Source: an uncultured Gammaproteobacteria bacterium (GTDB taxonomy: Bacteria > Patescibacteriota > Patescibacteriia > Magasanikbacterales > UBA922). Taken from it: a stretch of 64,000 nt of DNA. Positions 1 through 9,028 of this stretch are shown here, piece after piece. The notes beneath the pieces are model-generated. The model did not search any database. It saw only the letters and a list, made by a program, of their open reading frames with translations, and was not told the origin of the DNA. The stretch spans positions 15,821 to 79,820 of the forward strand of contig CAZFKS010000003.1 of the NCBI GenBank assembly GCA_964519725.1, given 5' to 3'. Numbering within the stretch: position 1 is the stretch's first letter; every line of letters starts with the position of its first letter. The position numbers were made by a program, and so were the translations under genes.

Positions 1-2367
1 AATATCCTGAATTCCACGGCGCCAGTATTTCAAACGCAAACTCGCAATTGGACCAGGCACATTATATGACTCAGCTGGGTAAATTTTATCAGTACCTGGG
101 TAGAACATCACCCCGTCACCATTGGAATAATTCCAACCAGTTTCCCCGCGCACGCTATCATCACCGCTCTTACCACCAAAAGTCATGGCTTGTTTGAAAA
201 CATTAGTCTGACCAGTCCCACCTTGGTAATTATTATAATAGGTTGATTCCCAGTAAAACCAGCGGTCAACATTTTTCTTGTACTGACCCCACGCTAATTC
301 GCGGAGTGCCACACCGTCGTCATCAGTCATAAATGAACCTTGACCTGGCCGACCACCGTTGTACATGAGGAATTTTTTCCCTGGTGTGGTCAAATAATAA
401 TTCACAGCTGTTTGCCATTTATCAGTTTCACCCAAGGTCATGCCAGACACAGCGTAATCTAGACTTGGAGTGTTTTTGTAAGATTCAGTGGCCCAAATCG
501 TAGCCATAGACGGAACATTTTTCCCAATACCTGGATTACTATTAATCCATTTGGCCCACTGTTCAATTTGTGGGTAATCACTACTTTCATCAATTAAATA
601 TAAGAAATAATCCACGCCTGGGGCATTTTGCGCAAACCAATTAGCCCAATTATCCGTATGTTTCCACATTCCAGCCTGGCCTTCATTTTTCCAACCCCAT
701 GAACCATATGGACCAATGGCATAAACACCATTACCGACTCCAACCCCTGGGCCATCATATCCGTTGGCTGCACTAAACAATGAACCATTCAAACGCGGCA
801 ACATGTCTGGGCGAGGTGCGTCCTGATTCCACACCGCTTCATTTGGATCAGCATCAATCAAAGAAATTTTATGTCGGTGTGCGAGCGCGTAAAATTTATC
901 ACGCAAACTTTTTATTGCCGCCACGTTGGTATCAGTGCCAGCTGGATAGGCTTCACCAAAAAAGCGTTCATTAATATCGCGGTAGCCAAGGTACAGCATG
1001 GTTTTGGAACTTGGTGTGTCAGATAAAGCAAAACTTTTCACTGTTAATTCAACGGGAATTGTTTTGGTCACTGCACCATTTTCTTTAATGGTAACATTTC
1101 CAGCGTACAAACCAGCTGGGGCCGTTTTAGGAATGTAAATATCAGCCCAAATACTTTGGTTTTTATTAGCGGCAATTGTGAAAGTTGGGTGCAGCTCAAG
1201 TGGCACTGCAATGTCTGGGAAATTTTTATTAGCGGCCACCCGATTAGACCAAAGTCGATCAGAGACGCGGAGTCGGGCTGGTAATTGCTGTTCATCATAA
1301 TTTCCAGCCATAAAAGCACTCAGGCCTTTGATTTCCAAATACCGCACGTAAAATAATTCAATGTTCCGATCAGTCCATTTGTACAAATCAGATCCAGCTG
1401 CTGGTTTTCCTTTGATTGTAAAATTATTTGGGCCAGTCAATGTGTCAAAATTAACTGACACATTATTTACCGCATTATTTTTGGCTTCTAAAATTACATT
1501 AAAATTAATCACTTCATTTTTGGCCCCAAAAACAGAAATCTTGCTTCCATTCCACACTGAGTTAGTTACATTTAAATTATTCGAAGCGCGCAAATCTTCT
1601 TGCACCACTTTATCCCCGCCTTCATTGGCCCAAACCGCAGTGATATTTCCGGCTGTCACTGGTGGCGTTGGATTTTGATTTGGAATTGCAGGTGGTGTTG
1701 AAGGGGTCGCTGGAACAGTTGGGGCGACTGGGGCAGTGGTGGAAATAAAATATCGGTTGCGCGAAAAAGTGGTTTTACCAAATTTTGTTGTGAGCGTAAT
1801 GTAAACGTATTTATTTTTCTGTGGCAAATTAGTGGCCGTAAAACTAGTTGCTTTGCCAGTGTATGAGCCATAATTACTAGCCCCATAATAATTACCTACT
1901 TTAACTGTGTAGGAATCAGCTCCAACATCCGTCCAAGTAATAACGGCACTGGTCCCAGGAATTTTTTGACCATTATTTGGTTCAGTAAAAGTCGCTGCTT
2001 TTGGCGTCACTGCAGTTTGATTTGGTGTAGAGTTTGCAGTTGCTGGCAAAACAAAATCTTGCGCTGCACCACCAGCAAAAACCCGAATATTTACTTTGGA
2101 AACCGCTGGTAAATTATCTACCTGAAAAGTAGTGCAGGACGCTGAATTAAACCATTTATAATCTGGTGATCCAACGGAAGAGCCAACCGCGAGCTCACAA
2201 TTTGTACCACTTGGTGCGCCAATATTAATAACCGCAGTGCCATTGGAAAAAGTACTCGACGGTAATAATGAAACTGCAACGGCCTGTGCTGGCAGAGCTT
2301 GCAGTGGAGAAATAACCAGCGCCACTAAAGCAATTAAAGTAGTGGTCAAACGTTTACGGAAAGTCAT
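1..2367 (-). CDS. secreted protein, 5' complete and 3' truncated by the window edge; signal peptide, Thr/Pro-rich linker, C-terminal W/Y/G-rich domain with glycoside-hydrolase-like flavour (product uncertain)
   Basis: Continuous 789-codon reading frame on the minus strand from ATG at 2367 to position 1, verified codon by codon. It is absent from the ORF track only because it runs off the window. N-terminus MTFRKRLTTTLIALVALVISPLQALPAQA is signal-peptide-like. The short track ORFs in this region are in other frames. Confidence 0.7.
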   Translation of the reverse strand, partial: MTFRKRLTTTLIALVALVISPLQALPAQAVAVSLLPSSTFSNGTAVINIGAPSGTNCELAVGSSVGSPDYKWFNSASCTTFQVDNLPAVSKVNIRVFAGGAAQDFVLPATANSTPNQTAVTPKAATFTEPNNGQKIPGTSAVITWTDVGADSYTVKVGNYYGASNYGSYTGKATSFTATNLPQKNKYVYITLTTKFGKTTFSRNRYFISTTAPVAPTVPATPSTPPAIPNQNPTPPVTAGNITAVWANEGGDKVVQEDLRASNNLNVTNSVWNGSKISVFGAKNEVINFNVILEAKNNAVNNVSVNFDTLTGPNNFTIKGKPAAGSDLYKWTDRNIELFYVRYLEIKGLSAFMAGNYDEQQLPARLRVSDRLWSNRVAANKNFPDIAVPLELHPTFTIAANKNQSIWADIYIPKTAPAGLYAGNVTIKENGAVTKTIPVELTVKSFALSDTPSSKTMLYLGYRDINERFFGEAYPAGTDTNVAAIKSLRDKFYALAHRHKISLIDADPNEAVWNQDAPRPDMLPRLNGSLFSAANGYDGPGVGVGNGVYAIGPYGSWGWKNEGQAGMWKHTDNWANWFAQNAPGVDYFLYLIDESSDYPQIEQWAKWINSNPGIGKNVPSMATIWATESYKNTPSLDYAVSGMTLGETDKWQTAVNYYLTTPGKKFLMYNGGRPGQGSFMTDDDGVALRELAWGQYKKNVDRWFYWESTYYNNYQGGTGQTNVFKQAMTFGGKSGDDSVRGETGWNYSNGDGVMFYPGTDKIYPAESYNVPGPIASLRLKYWRRGIQDI

Positions 2368-2462
2368 AGAAATAGTTCTTAACGTCAATGACGGTGAGTA
2401 AAATGTCTATGGGAAGAGGTACTATAGGTTAATTTTAGGAGTTTGGCAACCTATGATTTGGA

Positions 2463-2495
2463 ATAAAAAATCCCTTATTGGGGGATTTTTTATTG
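2463..2495. terminator. bidirectional rho-independent terminator (AAAATCCC loop GGGATTTT flanked by A/T runs)
   Basis: Perfect 8-bp stem with A-run upstream and T-run downstream, between the stop of the 883-aa gene and the start of the gene at 2367. Confidence 0.6.
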
Positions 2496-2499
2496 TTAA

Positions 2500-2691
2500 T
2501 TATCTAGTCCCAGTTCGCATGCCCATGCGGCCTTTTTTGCCACCCGGAGCTTTGCCATTAGATCGGAAAGAGGTTGGGGTGGGACGCTGACCACGAGGCA
2601 CACCAAGCCCCCCGCTTCGCTTGCCAGTTTCCATGTTTCCTTTAAATTGACCACTGTACTGAGTAATTTTAACTACATTTAGTTTAGGCAT
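2500..2691 (-). CDS. small basic Gly/Arg-rich protein (64 aa from MPKLNVVKIT...), existence uncertain
   Basis: ORF-track frame 2500..2715; internal ATG at 2691 sits 1 nt after the upstream gene stop. Very basic composition. No family recognised. Confidence 0.25.
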   Translation of the reverse strand: MPKLNVVKITQYSGQFKGNMETGKRSGGLGVPRGQRPTPTSFRSNGKAPGGKKGRMGMRTGTR

Positions 2692-2692
2692 A

Positions 2693-5344
2693 TTATAAAG
2701 CTTGAATTGATTCAATAATTGTTTGGGTGGCTGGCGCAGTGGAGCCAGTTTCGATTTTCAAAATTGAATTTGGTTTTAATTCGACTTCATAAATAATGAT
2801 TGGTGAAGTGGTCGTGGTGTCAGTAACAAAGGTAAATAATTTTCCTGGCAAACCACTTTTGGTCATAAAATCAGTGGACGAAGTGCTGCCAAATTTGGTG
2901 AGGGCCGAGAACACAAGGGCATCATTAGCTTCAGCATTTTTTAAGGTAAATGTTTTTGGTGAATACAAGGCTTCAAAACGGCGCGGGTGAGTCACTTTGA
3001 AATCAGCAAAACCAGTCACAGTGGCAGTCGTATTTTCATTTAAGGCTTGCTCGCGCTCTTCAGCAATTGCACTCATAATTTCCGCGCGGATTTGGGCCGG
3101 TGTCAGTTGTGGCGTTTCTGGAACTTTGGCCCCCATCCCACAACCAGCCCCAACCGTCATAATGAGTGCACCCAAACAAGCAAAACCAGCGACCAGTCCA
3201 AGCAATTGGTGATTAGTGCCAAAAGTTTTTCCCACTGAGCGCTCGGCTTCATAGGCTGAGTGGTGGACAGCGGCACTTTCATTGTGATTAACAATCAAAG
3301 TTTTAATCCCACTTTTCACTGCCGAAAAAACCAGCTGTGGTTCGCGCGCCAGCCATTCGCCAGACAATGCAATGGTGGTTTTTTCTTTGGCTGCAGTTTT
3401 GGCAATTGCGCTCAAAGCTTGCTCAACAGTTTTTTGACGGATTGCAGTCATGGTTTTACTGCGTTCGCCAGTAGTACTTTTGACCAGTGAGTCTAAATCA
3501 AAAATTAATTCATCAATTTGGCGCGCTAGTGATTCAGTTAACAGAGCATGACCAGGCAGGTCAGTCGCTAAACTAAACCGCCAACCTTGTTCACGACTAA
3601 TCCCCTGTTTTTTAAGGGCAGTTAAGAATTCTTCTAATTCAGAAACTGACCGACAGTATGGTAAAGTCAAAGTAAATTGGAGACCAAAACGATCACGAAC
3701 AGCTTTGAGTGCTGTGCATTCAGCAGCAAAAACACGCGTATATTGATTATGCAAATAACGTTCAGCCCCACGAGCAGACTGACGTAAATGTAAAAGACGT
3801 TCAGCTTTGGCGCCACCACTTAAATCTACAAACACACTTGGAGTACTACTACTCATGGCGACCATAAGCCGCGGCGCATCTTTCTTGGCAATTGATTCCG
3901 CGAGTTTTTGGCCCAGTAACTCAGCGTAATTAGCCGTTTGTTTGGCGGCAAAATAATCTAACGGGTGACGGTTATTTAATTCGCACAACACATCATCAAG
4001 CGCAATGGTAATTTCTGGAGTACGGAGTTCAGTTTTAATTTTTGGTTGTTTGGTAACAATTGGTTTAACTTCGTATGGCAAGGCACCAGCGTAAATTGCA
4101 CCATTCTCGGCTGTCAGGGCTATGGTCACTGTTGTGCCAGTGCGTAAGCGTTTGGTAGCATGTTTTGTGCCGAGTAAAACTGGCACAGTTAAATCCAGAG
4201 TGCGCAGTTTAATTTCCGCCCCCTGACTAGCATCTTCAATAATCAGACCAGCGGCCAGTGAAAGATTTGTATTTGAAACTAAACTAAAGTTTTTCGCGAC
4301 CACAATATCACCAGATTCAATAATTTGACTTGGATTACGAATTACGGCTAGCTGACCAACCGCAATCCCCTGACCAAAAAATTTTCCAGTGCCAAGAATT
4401 TGGCTGGTGGTTTTGAGATTATATTCGACTTTATTTTCCGTAGTAACTGCCGGAAGCACATCTAGTTGCCACACTGTGGCTTGATTTTTGGTTAGATCAA
4501 TACTACCTGTGACTACAATGGTTTGGTGAGTGTGTTTTTCAATTTCTAAAATTGGGGCAACAATTGCGGCGACTAAAGTTTCTGAAATTAAAGTTTGGGT
4601 CCAAGCATTTAAAAATAGAGCTTTTTTGCTGGCTACAGCTGGCTTATACAAACTAAAATCTGTGCCATTAATTTGTAGACTAGCAACTTTGCTACCAATG
4701 TTAGTGATTAATTTAAAATTCAGGTCAGTTTTTTTACTAGCGCGAACACTAACCAAAATACTGACTGGTAAATGCGCATGACCAAAACCACGCTGTTCGC
4801 GTTCACGCAAAAAACGTTCGCTATACAGCGCACTTAAACTTTGGCGGAGCAATTTGAGTAAGCCAGCTTCAGTGGCTGGAGCAGTAAAGGTGGGTAGCCA
4901 ATCAGTGCGGCCAATGGTTTCAGTTTCAAAGTATAGTGCAAATACGACATCTGCTTTGGTGTTTTTTGGTAAAGCCGTGTGCAACTTTTTCCATTCATTT
5001 TTCCAACTACTTGGTAGAGTTTGGCGACTAATTAGGCGCTGAATACTGGCCGCCGCACTAGACAATGAGCGAGGGTGACGCAGATTAATCGTTGTGGTTT
5101 GGTTTTTTATTTTTTTGTCTAATCCTTGCCAAGCCCAAAAATCCTGAATTAACTGGCTTGGAATTACTAAACTACTTGCTTTAATTACACTGGCCTCAGG
5201 TTTGGTAAGTTTAGCTAATTCTAAAATGCCAGTTGGTAGGTTTTCACTAATAATTTCTGGTAAACGCAAAATCTCAGCTGGTTTAGCTGCTTCAGTTGGC
5301 TTTAAAAGTGCCACTTTTTTAGAAATGGCCTGAAAAAATTTCAT
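2693..5344 (-). CDS. PEP-utilizing enzyme family protein (PEP synthase / pyruvate phosphate dikinase-like), apparently degenerate
   Basis: 883 aa. Central swivel-like segment GDIVVAKN...IIEDASQGAEIKLRTLDLTVPVLLG...RTGTTVTIALTAENGAIYAG aligns to the PEP-utilizing mobile domain. C-terminal LTLPYCRSVSELEEF...REQGWRFSLATDLP resembles the PEP-utilizing TIM-barrel. A hydrophobic segment LLGLVAGFACLGALIMTVGAG is present. Located directly upstream of pyk. Confidence 0.55.
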   Translation of the reverse strand: MKFFQAISKKVALLKPTEAAKPAEILRLPEIISENLPTGILELAKLTKPEASVIKASSLVIPSQLIQDFWAWQGLDKKIKNQTTTINLRHPRSLSSAAASIQRLISRQTLPSSWKNEWKKLHTALPKNTKADVVFALYFETETIGRTDWLPTFTAPATEAGLLKLLRQSLSALYSERFLREREQRGFGHAHLPVSILVSVRASKKTDLNFKLITNIGSKVASLQINGTDFSLYKPAVASKKALFLNAWTQTLISETLVAAIVAPILEIEKHTHQTIVVTGSIDLTKNQATVWQLDVLPAVTTENKVEYNLKTTSQILGTGKFFGQGIAVGQLAVIRNPSQIIESGDIVVAKNFSLVSNTNLSLAAGLIIEDASQGAEIKLRTLDLTVPVLLGTKHATKRLRTGTTVTIALTAENGAIYAGALPYEVKPIVTKQPKIKTELRTPEITIALDDVLCELNNRHPLDYFAAKQTANYAELLGQKLAESIAKKDAPRLMVAMSSSTPSVFVDLSGGAKAERLLHLRQSARGAERYLHNQYTRVFAAECTALKAVRDRFGLQFTLTLPYCRSVSELEEFLTALKKQGISREQGWRFSLATDLPGHALLTESLARQIDELIFDLDSLVKSTTGERSKTMTAIRQKTVEQALSAIAKTAAKEKTTIALSGEWLAREPQLVFSAVKSGIKTLIVNHNESAAVHHSAYEAERSVGKTFGTNHQLLGLVAGFACLGALIMTVGAGCGMGAKVPETPQLTPAQIRAEIMSAIAEEREQALNENTTATVTGFADFKVTHPRRFEALYSPKTFTLKNAEANDALVFSALTKFGSTSSTDFMTKSGLPGKLFTFVTDTTTTSPIIIYEVELKPNSILKIETGSTAPATQTIIESIQAL

Positions 5345-5351
5345 GGACTTA

Positions 5352-6758
5352 TTATACTGCTTTTACTTCCAAAACGGAAACAACCTGTGTATTACTAAGT
5401 GGTTCGCCAAGGGCAACCACAGCGTCAGCGCCGACTGGGGCAAGATTTTTGGCTAGGGTAAAAGCGTGAGCTGCTTCAATGGCGGCTTCAGCTGAACTAA
5501 GTGAGCCAACCGTGGCGTAAACACCAGAGTACAAGCCAAGTTGGCGGGCCAAACGATCACTCGGGGTCACGGCGACAATTGGAACTTGCGGGCGGAAGTG
5601 ACTAATGTGAGCCGCAATCGCGCCATCAGTGGTGGCCGTGTAAATTACTGCGGCGTTAATTTCTTCCACTGTGTGCCGAACTTCTAGGGCTAAACTATCT
5701 GAATTATGATCAGGTGGGGCTGGCAAACGGTCGTCATACACTGACTGTTCAGTTTCGGTCAAAATACTAGCCATCATGGCCACAGTTTCGCGCGGGAATT
5801 TTCCAGTTGCACTTTCGTTTGACAGCATGACCGCATCGGCCAAGTCAATTTCTGCGTTGGCCACGTCTGACACTTCAGCGCGAGTTGGGAGTGGACTGTC
5901 TTGCATGGAATCTAACATTTGCGTGGCCACAATCACCGGCTTACCAGCCGCCAGAGCTGCTTCAATTAATTGTTTTTGCACCACCGGCACTTTGCTTTCA
6001 GCAATTTCAATTCCCAAATCACCCCGTGCAACCATGATTACATCCACCACATCAATAATTTTAGTGGCATTTTGAATGGCTTCGGGTCGTTCCATTTTGG
6101 CAATAATTCGGGTTGGAAATTCCACTTTGCCTTCGTGTTTGGTAATTAAATCACGCAGTTCTAACACATCTTTTGGCTCACGAACAAATGACAACGCAAT
6201 GTAATCAACGCCTTGGCTAAGCCCAAACACCGCGTCAGCACGATCTTTGTCAGTCAAGGAACTACTGCTAATGTGTGAGTCTGGAACATTTAAGCCTTTA
6301 TGTGAACTGAGTAAGCCACCGTGTTCAACTTTGGCCGAAATTTTTGTACCCTCAATCTGAGTGGCTTTGGCAACCACTCGGCCATCATTTAGTAAAATTC
6401 GATCCCCGCTTTTTACTGACTCGTGTAATTCTTTAAAATCAACGGGGAAAATTTTATCAGCGTAATCTGATTTACTAGTGTCAAACACAATTTCTTCGCC
6501 ATCAGCCACTTCAACGCCATTTTCTGGCAAAACCCCCAACCGAATTTTTGGGCCTTGTAAATCTTGAATAATTGGAATATGAACCTTTTGCTCAGCCGCA
6601 GCCGCGCGCACCATCGCAATAAGAGCAGTATGATCATCGTACGAACCATGCGAAAAATTTAAACGCACCGCGTTCAAACCATTATTAATTAAATCAGTAA
6701 TAATTTCTTTAGTGTGGGTGGCAGGACCAAGCGTGGCAATAATTTTGGTACGTTTCAT
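5352..6758 (-). CDS. pyk: pyruvate kinase
   Basis: MKRTKIIATLGPAT...LNFSHGS...VMVARGDLGIEI motifs; 468 aa. Confidence 0.92.
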   Translation of the reverse strand: MKRTKIIATLGPATHTKEIITDLINNGLNAVRLNFSHGSYDDHTALIAMVRAAAAEQKVHIPIIQDLQGPKIRLGVLPENGVEVADGEEIVFDTSKSDYADKIFPVDFKELHESVKSGDRILLNDGRVVAKATQIEGTKISAKVEHGGLLSSHKGLNVPDSHISSSSLTDKDRADAVFGLSQGVDYIALSFVREPKDVLELRDLITKHEGKVEFPTRIIAKMERPEAIQNATKIIDVVDVIMVARGDLGIEIAESKVPVVQKQLIEAALAAGKPVIVATQMLDSMQDSPLPTRAEVSDVANAEIDLADAVMLSNESATGKFPRETVAMMASILTETEQSVYDDRLPAPPDHNSDSLALEVRHTVEEINAAVIYTATTDGAIAAHISHFRPQVPIVAVTPSDRLARQLGLYSGVYATVGSLSSAEAAIEAAHAFTLAKNLAPVGADAVVALGEPLSNTQVVSVLEVKAV

Positions 6759-6759
6759 A

Positions 6760-7107
6760 TTAATGACGAGTGGAAGTGTTGGCCCCAGGAATAAATTTCA
6801 AAAAGCTGTTCACATTATTTTGCAATTTTTCTTGCGGCGCAACCACGGTGTTTTGGTACCAATCTTTGGCTTCGCGGTAATATGGTGGCAAGAAAATTGC
6901 CGCCGCAATCACTGGTGCAAGCAGTAAAAATAATTTCACCCAGCCCCAGAGCTGCATGGTAAATAAGCGGCGGCGGATTTTTTTCACGTCTTTGTAAACA
7001 ACCTCACTCCACTGAATGTTTTGCCGTACTAAAACCTCGAGGTCATTAATTCTGGCTTCAAGTTTAGCCATTCCTGATTCATCTGACACGGGAGATTTTT
7101 CTGGCAT
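6760..7107 (-). CDS. hypothetical small membrane protein (one TM helix)
   Basis: 115 aa with hydrophobic WGWVKLFLLLAPVIAAAIFLPPYY segment. Tightly packed between pyk and nrdR. Confidence 0.45.
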   Translation of the reverse strand: MPEKSPVSDESGMAKLEARINDLEVLVRQNIQWSEVVYKDVKKIRRRLFTMQLWGWVKLFLLLAPVIAAAIFLPPYYREAKDWYQNTVVAPQEKLQNNVNSFLKFIPGANTSTRH

Positions 7108-7108
7108 A

Positions 7109-7573
7109 TTATTTGCGTGGTTTATCTTTGGTTAAGGATTTAAGTTCAGTTTGAAATTTATCAACGTCAGTAAACGCGCGGTAAATTGAAGCAAATCTAA
7201 TATACGCCACTTTGTCGAATTTACGCAAATGACGCATGACACTTTCACCAATATCTTTACTGGTGATTTCGCGTTGTTTTTTCTTTTGAATATCAGTTTC
7301 AATGGCGTGGACAAGCTGTGCAAATTGTTCTTCAGTAAATGGTCGTTTGGTGAGTGAACTTTGCAAACCTTTTTCTAATTTGGTACGCGAGTATGATTCG
7401 CGACGACCATCATTTTTGACCACGGTAATGTCTAAGAGCTCCATTTCTTCAAGCGTGGAAAAACGATAGGTGCATTTGGCACATTCCCGACGTCGCCGCA
7501 CAGCTGCGCCATCTGACGCAACCCGTGAATCAACCACTTTGGTTTCTTTATGGCGACAAATCGGGCAATTCAT
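7109..7573 (-). CDS. nrdR: transcriptional repressor NrdR (zinc ribbon + ATP-cone)
   Basis: MNCPICRHKETKVVDSR...RRRRECAKC zinc-ribbon N-terminus; 154 aa. Confidence 0.9.
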   Translation of the reverse strand: MNCPICRHKETKVVDSRVASDGAAVRRRRECAKCTYRFSTLEEMELLDITVVKNDGRRESYSRTKLEKGLQSSLTKRPFTEEQFAQLVHAIETDIQKKKQREITSKDIGESVMRHLRKFDKVAYIRFASIYRAFTDVDKFQTELKSLTKDKPRK

Positions 7574-7575
7574 AT

Positions 7576-8928
7576 TTATTGACCCATTTTTTTACGGATG
7601 AAAGCAGGGATTTCTAAATCTGGGTCTTCGGTTTCAGTAGTTGGGGTTGAGACTGGTGGGGTCGGTGGTACAGAAAAGGACCGGCGCGGTTCGGTTATGA
7701 CCGGAGTTGGTGGTTTCGATGGAAAATGAGTTGGTTTAGGTGGAATCGCCCGAATTGGCATGACTGGTTTCGGAATCAACGGCTCTTCAAGAGCCGCAGT
7801 AATGTCATCATCTTCGCCATCGTCCAAATCAGGAATAGTGGCCACGAGTGGTTCAGGCACACGCTTTTGGAAAATAGGCATGCGGAGTGGTGAACGACGA
7901 ATTGATGGGGTGACTGTTTCAGTTGGTTCAGCGCTGAAGGCTTTTTCAATTCCCCGACTTTCAAAACCAGTGGCAATTACGGTAATACGTACTTCCTCAC
8001 CCATGGTTTCATCAATCACAGCACCAAAGATAACGCGCGCATCTTCATGCGCTGAACTGGTAATAACTTTGGCCGCCTCAGAAACTTCCTGCATACCGAG
8101 TGATGAACTACCGGTAATGGTAAACAGAATACCGCGTGCGCCGTCAATCGCAATATCAAGAAGTGGACTAGAAATAGCTGATTTGGCAGCTTCCAGCGCT
8201 CGATTTTCACCCGACCCAAGCCCAATCCCCATGAGCGCTGTGCCAGTGTCACTCATAATGGTGCGGACATCAGCAAAGTCAACATTGATCAGACCCGGAA
8301 CAGTGATTAGTTCAGAAATTCCTTGCACACCTTGGCGGAGCACATCATCAACAATCTTGAACGCTTCCATCAGTGAAGTTTTTTTATCAATGATTTGCAA
8401 AATCCGATCATTTTGGATAGTAATGATCGTATCAACATTGCGGGAAAGTTCTTCGTGTGCGCGTTCTGCAATTGCGCGCCGCTGCGGACCTTCAAAAGAA
8501 AACGGTTTGGTAACCACAGCCACAGTTAAAATTCCCATGTCACGCGCAATTTCAGCCACCACTGGGGCGGCCCCTGAACCAGTACCGCCACCAAGACCAC
8601 AGGTAATAAATACCATGTCTGTGTCTTTTAACATTTCGCGAATTTCATTTTGTGATTCTTCGGCCGCGCGTTTACCAACATCTGGATTCATGCCCGCACC
8701 AAGACCACGAGTCACCGCTTTCCCAATGTGTAATTTATGTGGTGCACTATTGTGGTGCAGCGCTTGCACATCAGTGTTCATTACCAAAAAATCAACCCCA
8801 CGAATGCCCCCTTTTACCATTCGATCAACAGCTGAATTTCCTGATCCCCCAACGCCAATCACTTTAATTTTGGCAAAAGTTTCAATCTCTGGTTTAACTT
8901 GCGGCATATGAACAATTTTTGTATTCAA
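7576..8928 (-). CDS. ftsZ: cell division GTPase FtsZ with Pro-rich C-terminal tail
   Basis: GVGGSGNSAV...GGGTGSGAAPVVAEIAR tubulin-signature motifs; 450 aa. Confidence 0.95.
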   Translation of the reverse strand: MNTKIVHMPQVKPEIETFAKIKVIGVGGSGNSAVDRMVKGGIRGVDFLVMNTDVQALHHNSAPHKLHIGKAVTRGLGAGMNPDVGKRAAEESQNEIREMLKDTDMVFITCGLGGGTGSGAAPVVAEIARDMGILTVAVVTKPFSFEGPQRRAIAERAHEELSRNVDTIITIQNDRILQIIDKKTSLMEAFKIVDDVLRQGVQGISELITVPGLINVDFADVRTIMSDTGTALMGIGLGSGENRALEAAKSAISSPLLDIAIDGARGILFTITGSSSLGMQEVSEAAKVITSSAHEDARVIFGAVIDETMGEEVRITVIATGFESRGIEKAFSAEPTETVTPSIRRSPLRMPIFQKRVPEPLVATIPDLDDGEDDDITAALEEPLIPKPVMPIRAIPPKPTHFPSKPPTPVITEPRRSFSVPPTPPVSTPTTETEDPDLEIPAFIRKKMGQ

Positions 8929-8989
8929 TTTGGCTAACTATGAACAAAATATGTATGTATTTTAGAAGCTTTTCCTAGGAGTGTCAACT

Positions 8990-9020
8990 AAAAAAATCCC
9001 CCTGCTTTTGAGGGGGAGGA
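8990..9020 (-). terminator. rho-independent terminator after ftsA (hairpin TCCCCCT/AGGGGGA plus U-run on minus-strand RNA)
   Basis: Hairpin begins a few nt after the ftsA stop (9029); A-run at 8990-8996 gives the U-tract on the minus transcript. Confidence 0.5.
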
Positions 9021-9028
9021 TTTAGGCT

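Noticed and set aside
594-1886. Short ORFs 594-788, 780-974, 1068-1319, 1361-1678, 1656-1886 in the first 2 kb
   Set aside because: All lie in other frames of the region covered by the uninterrupted 789-codon minus-strand frame (1-2367). The track omits that frame because it runs off the window.
7760-8911. 383-aa plus-strand ORF overlapping ftsZ
   Set aside because: Antisense to an unambiguous FtsZ gene; Ser/Ala/Pro-rich nonsense translation.
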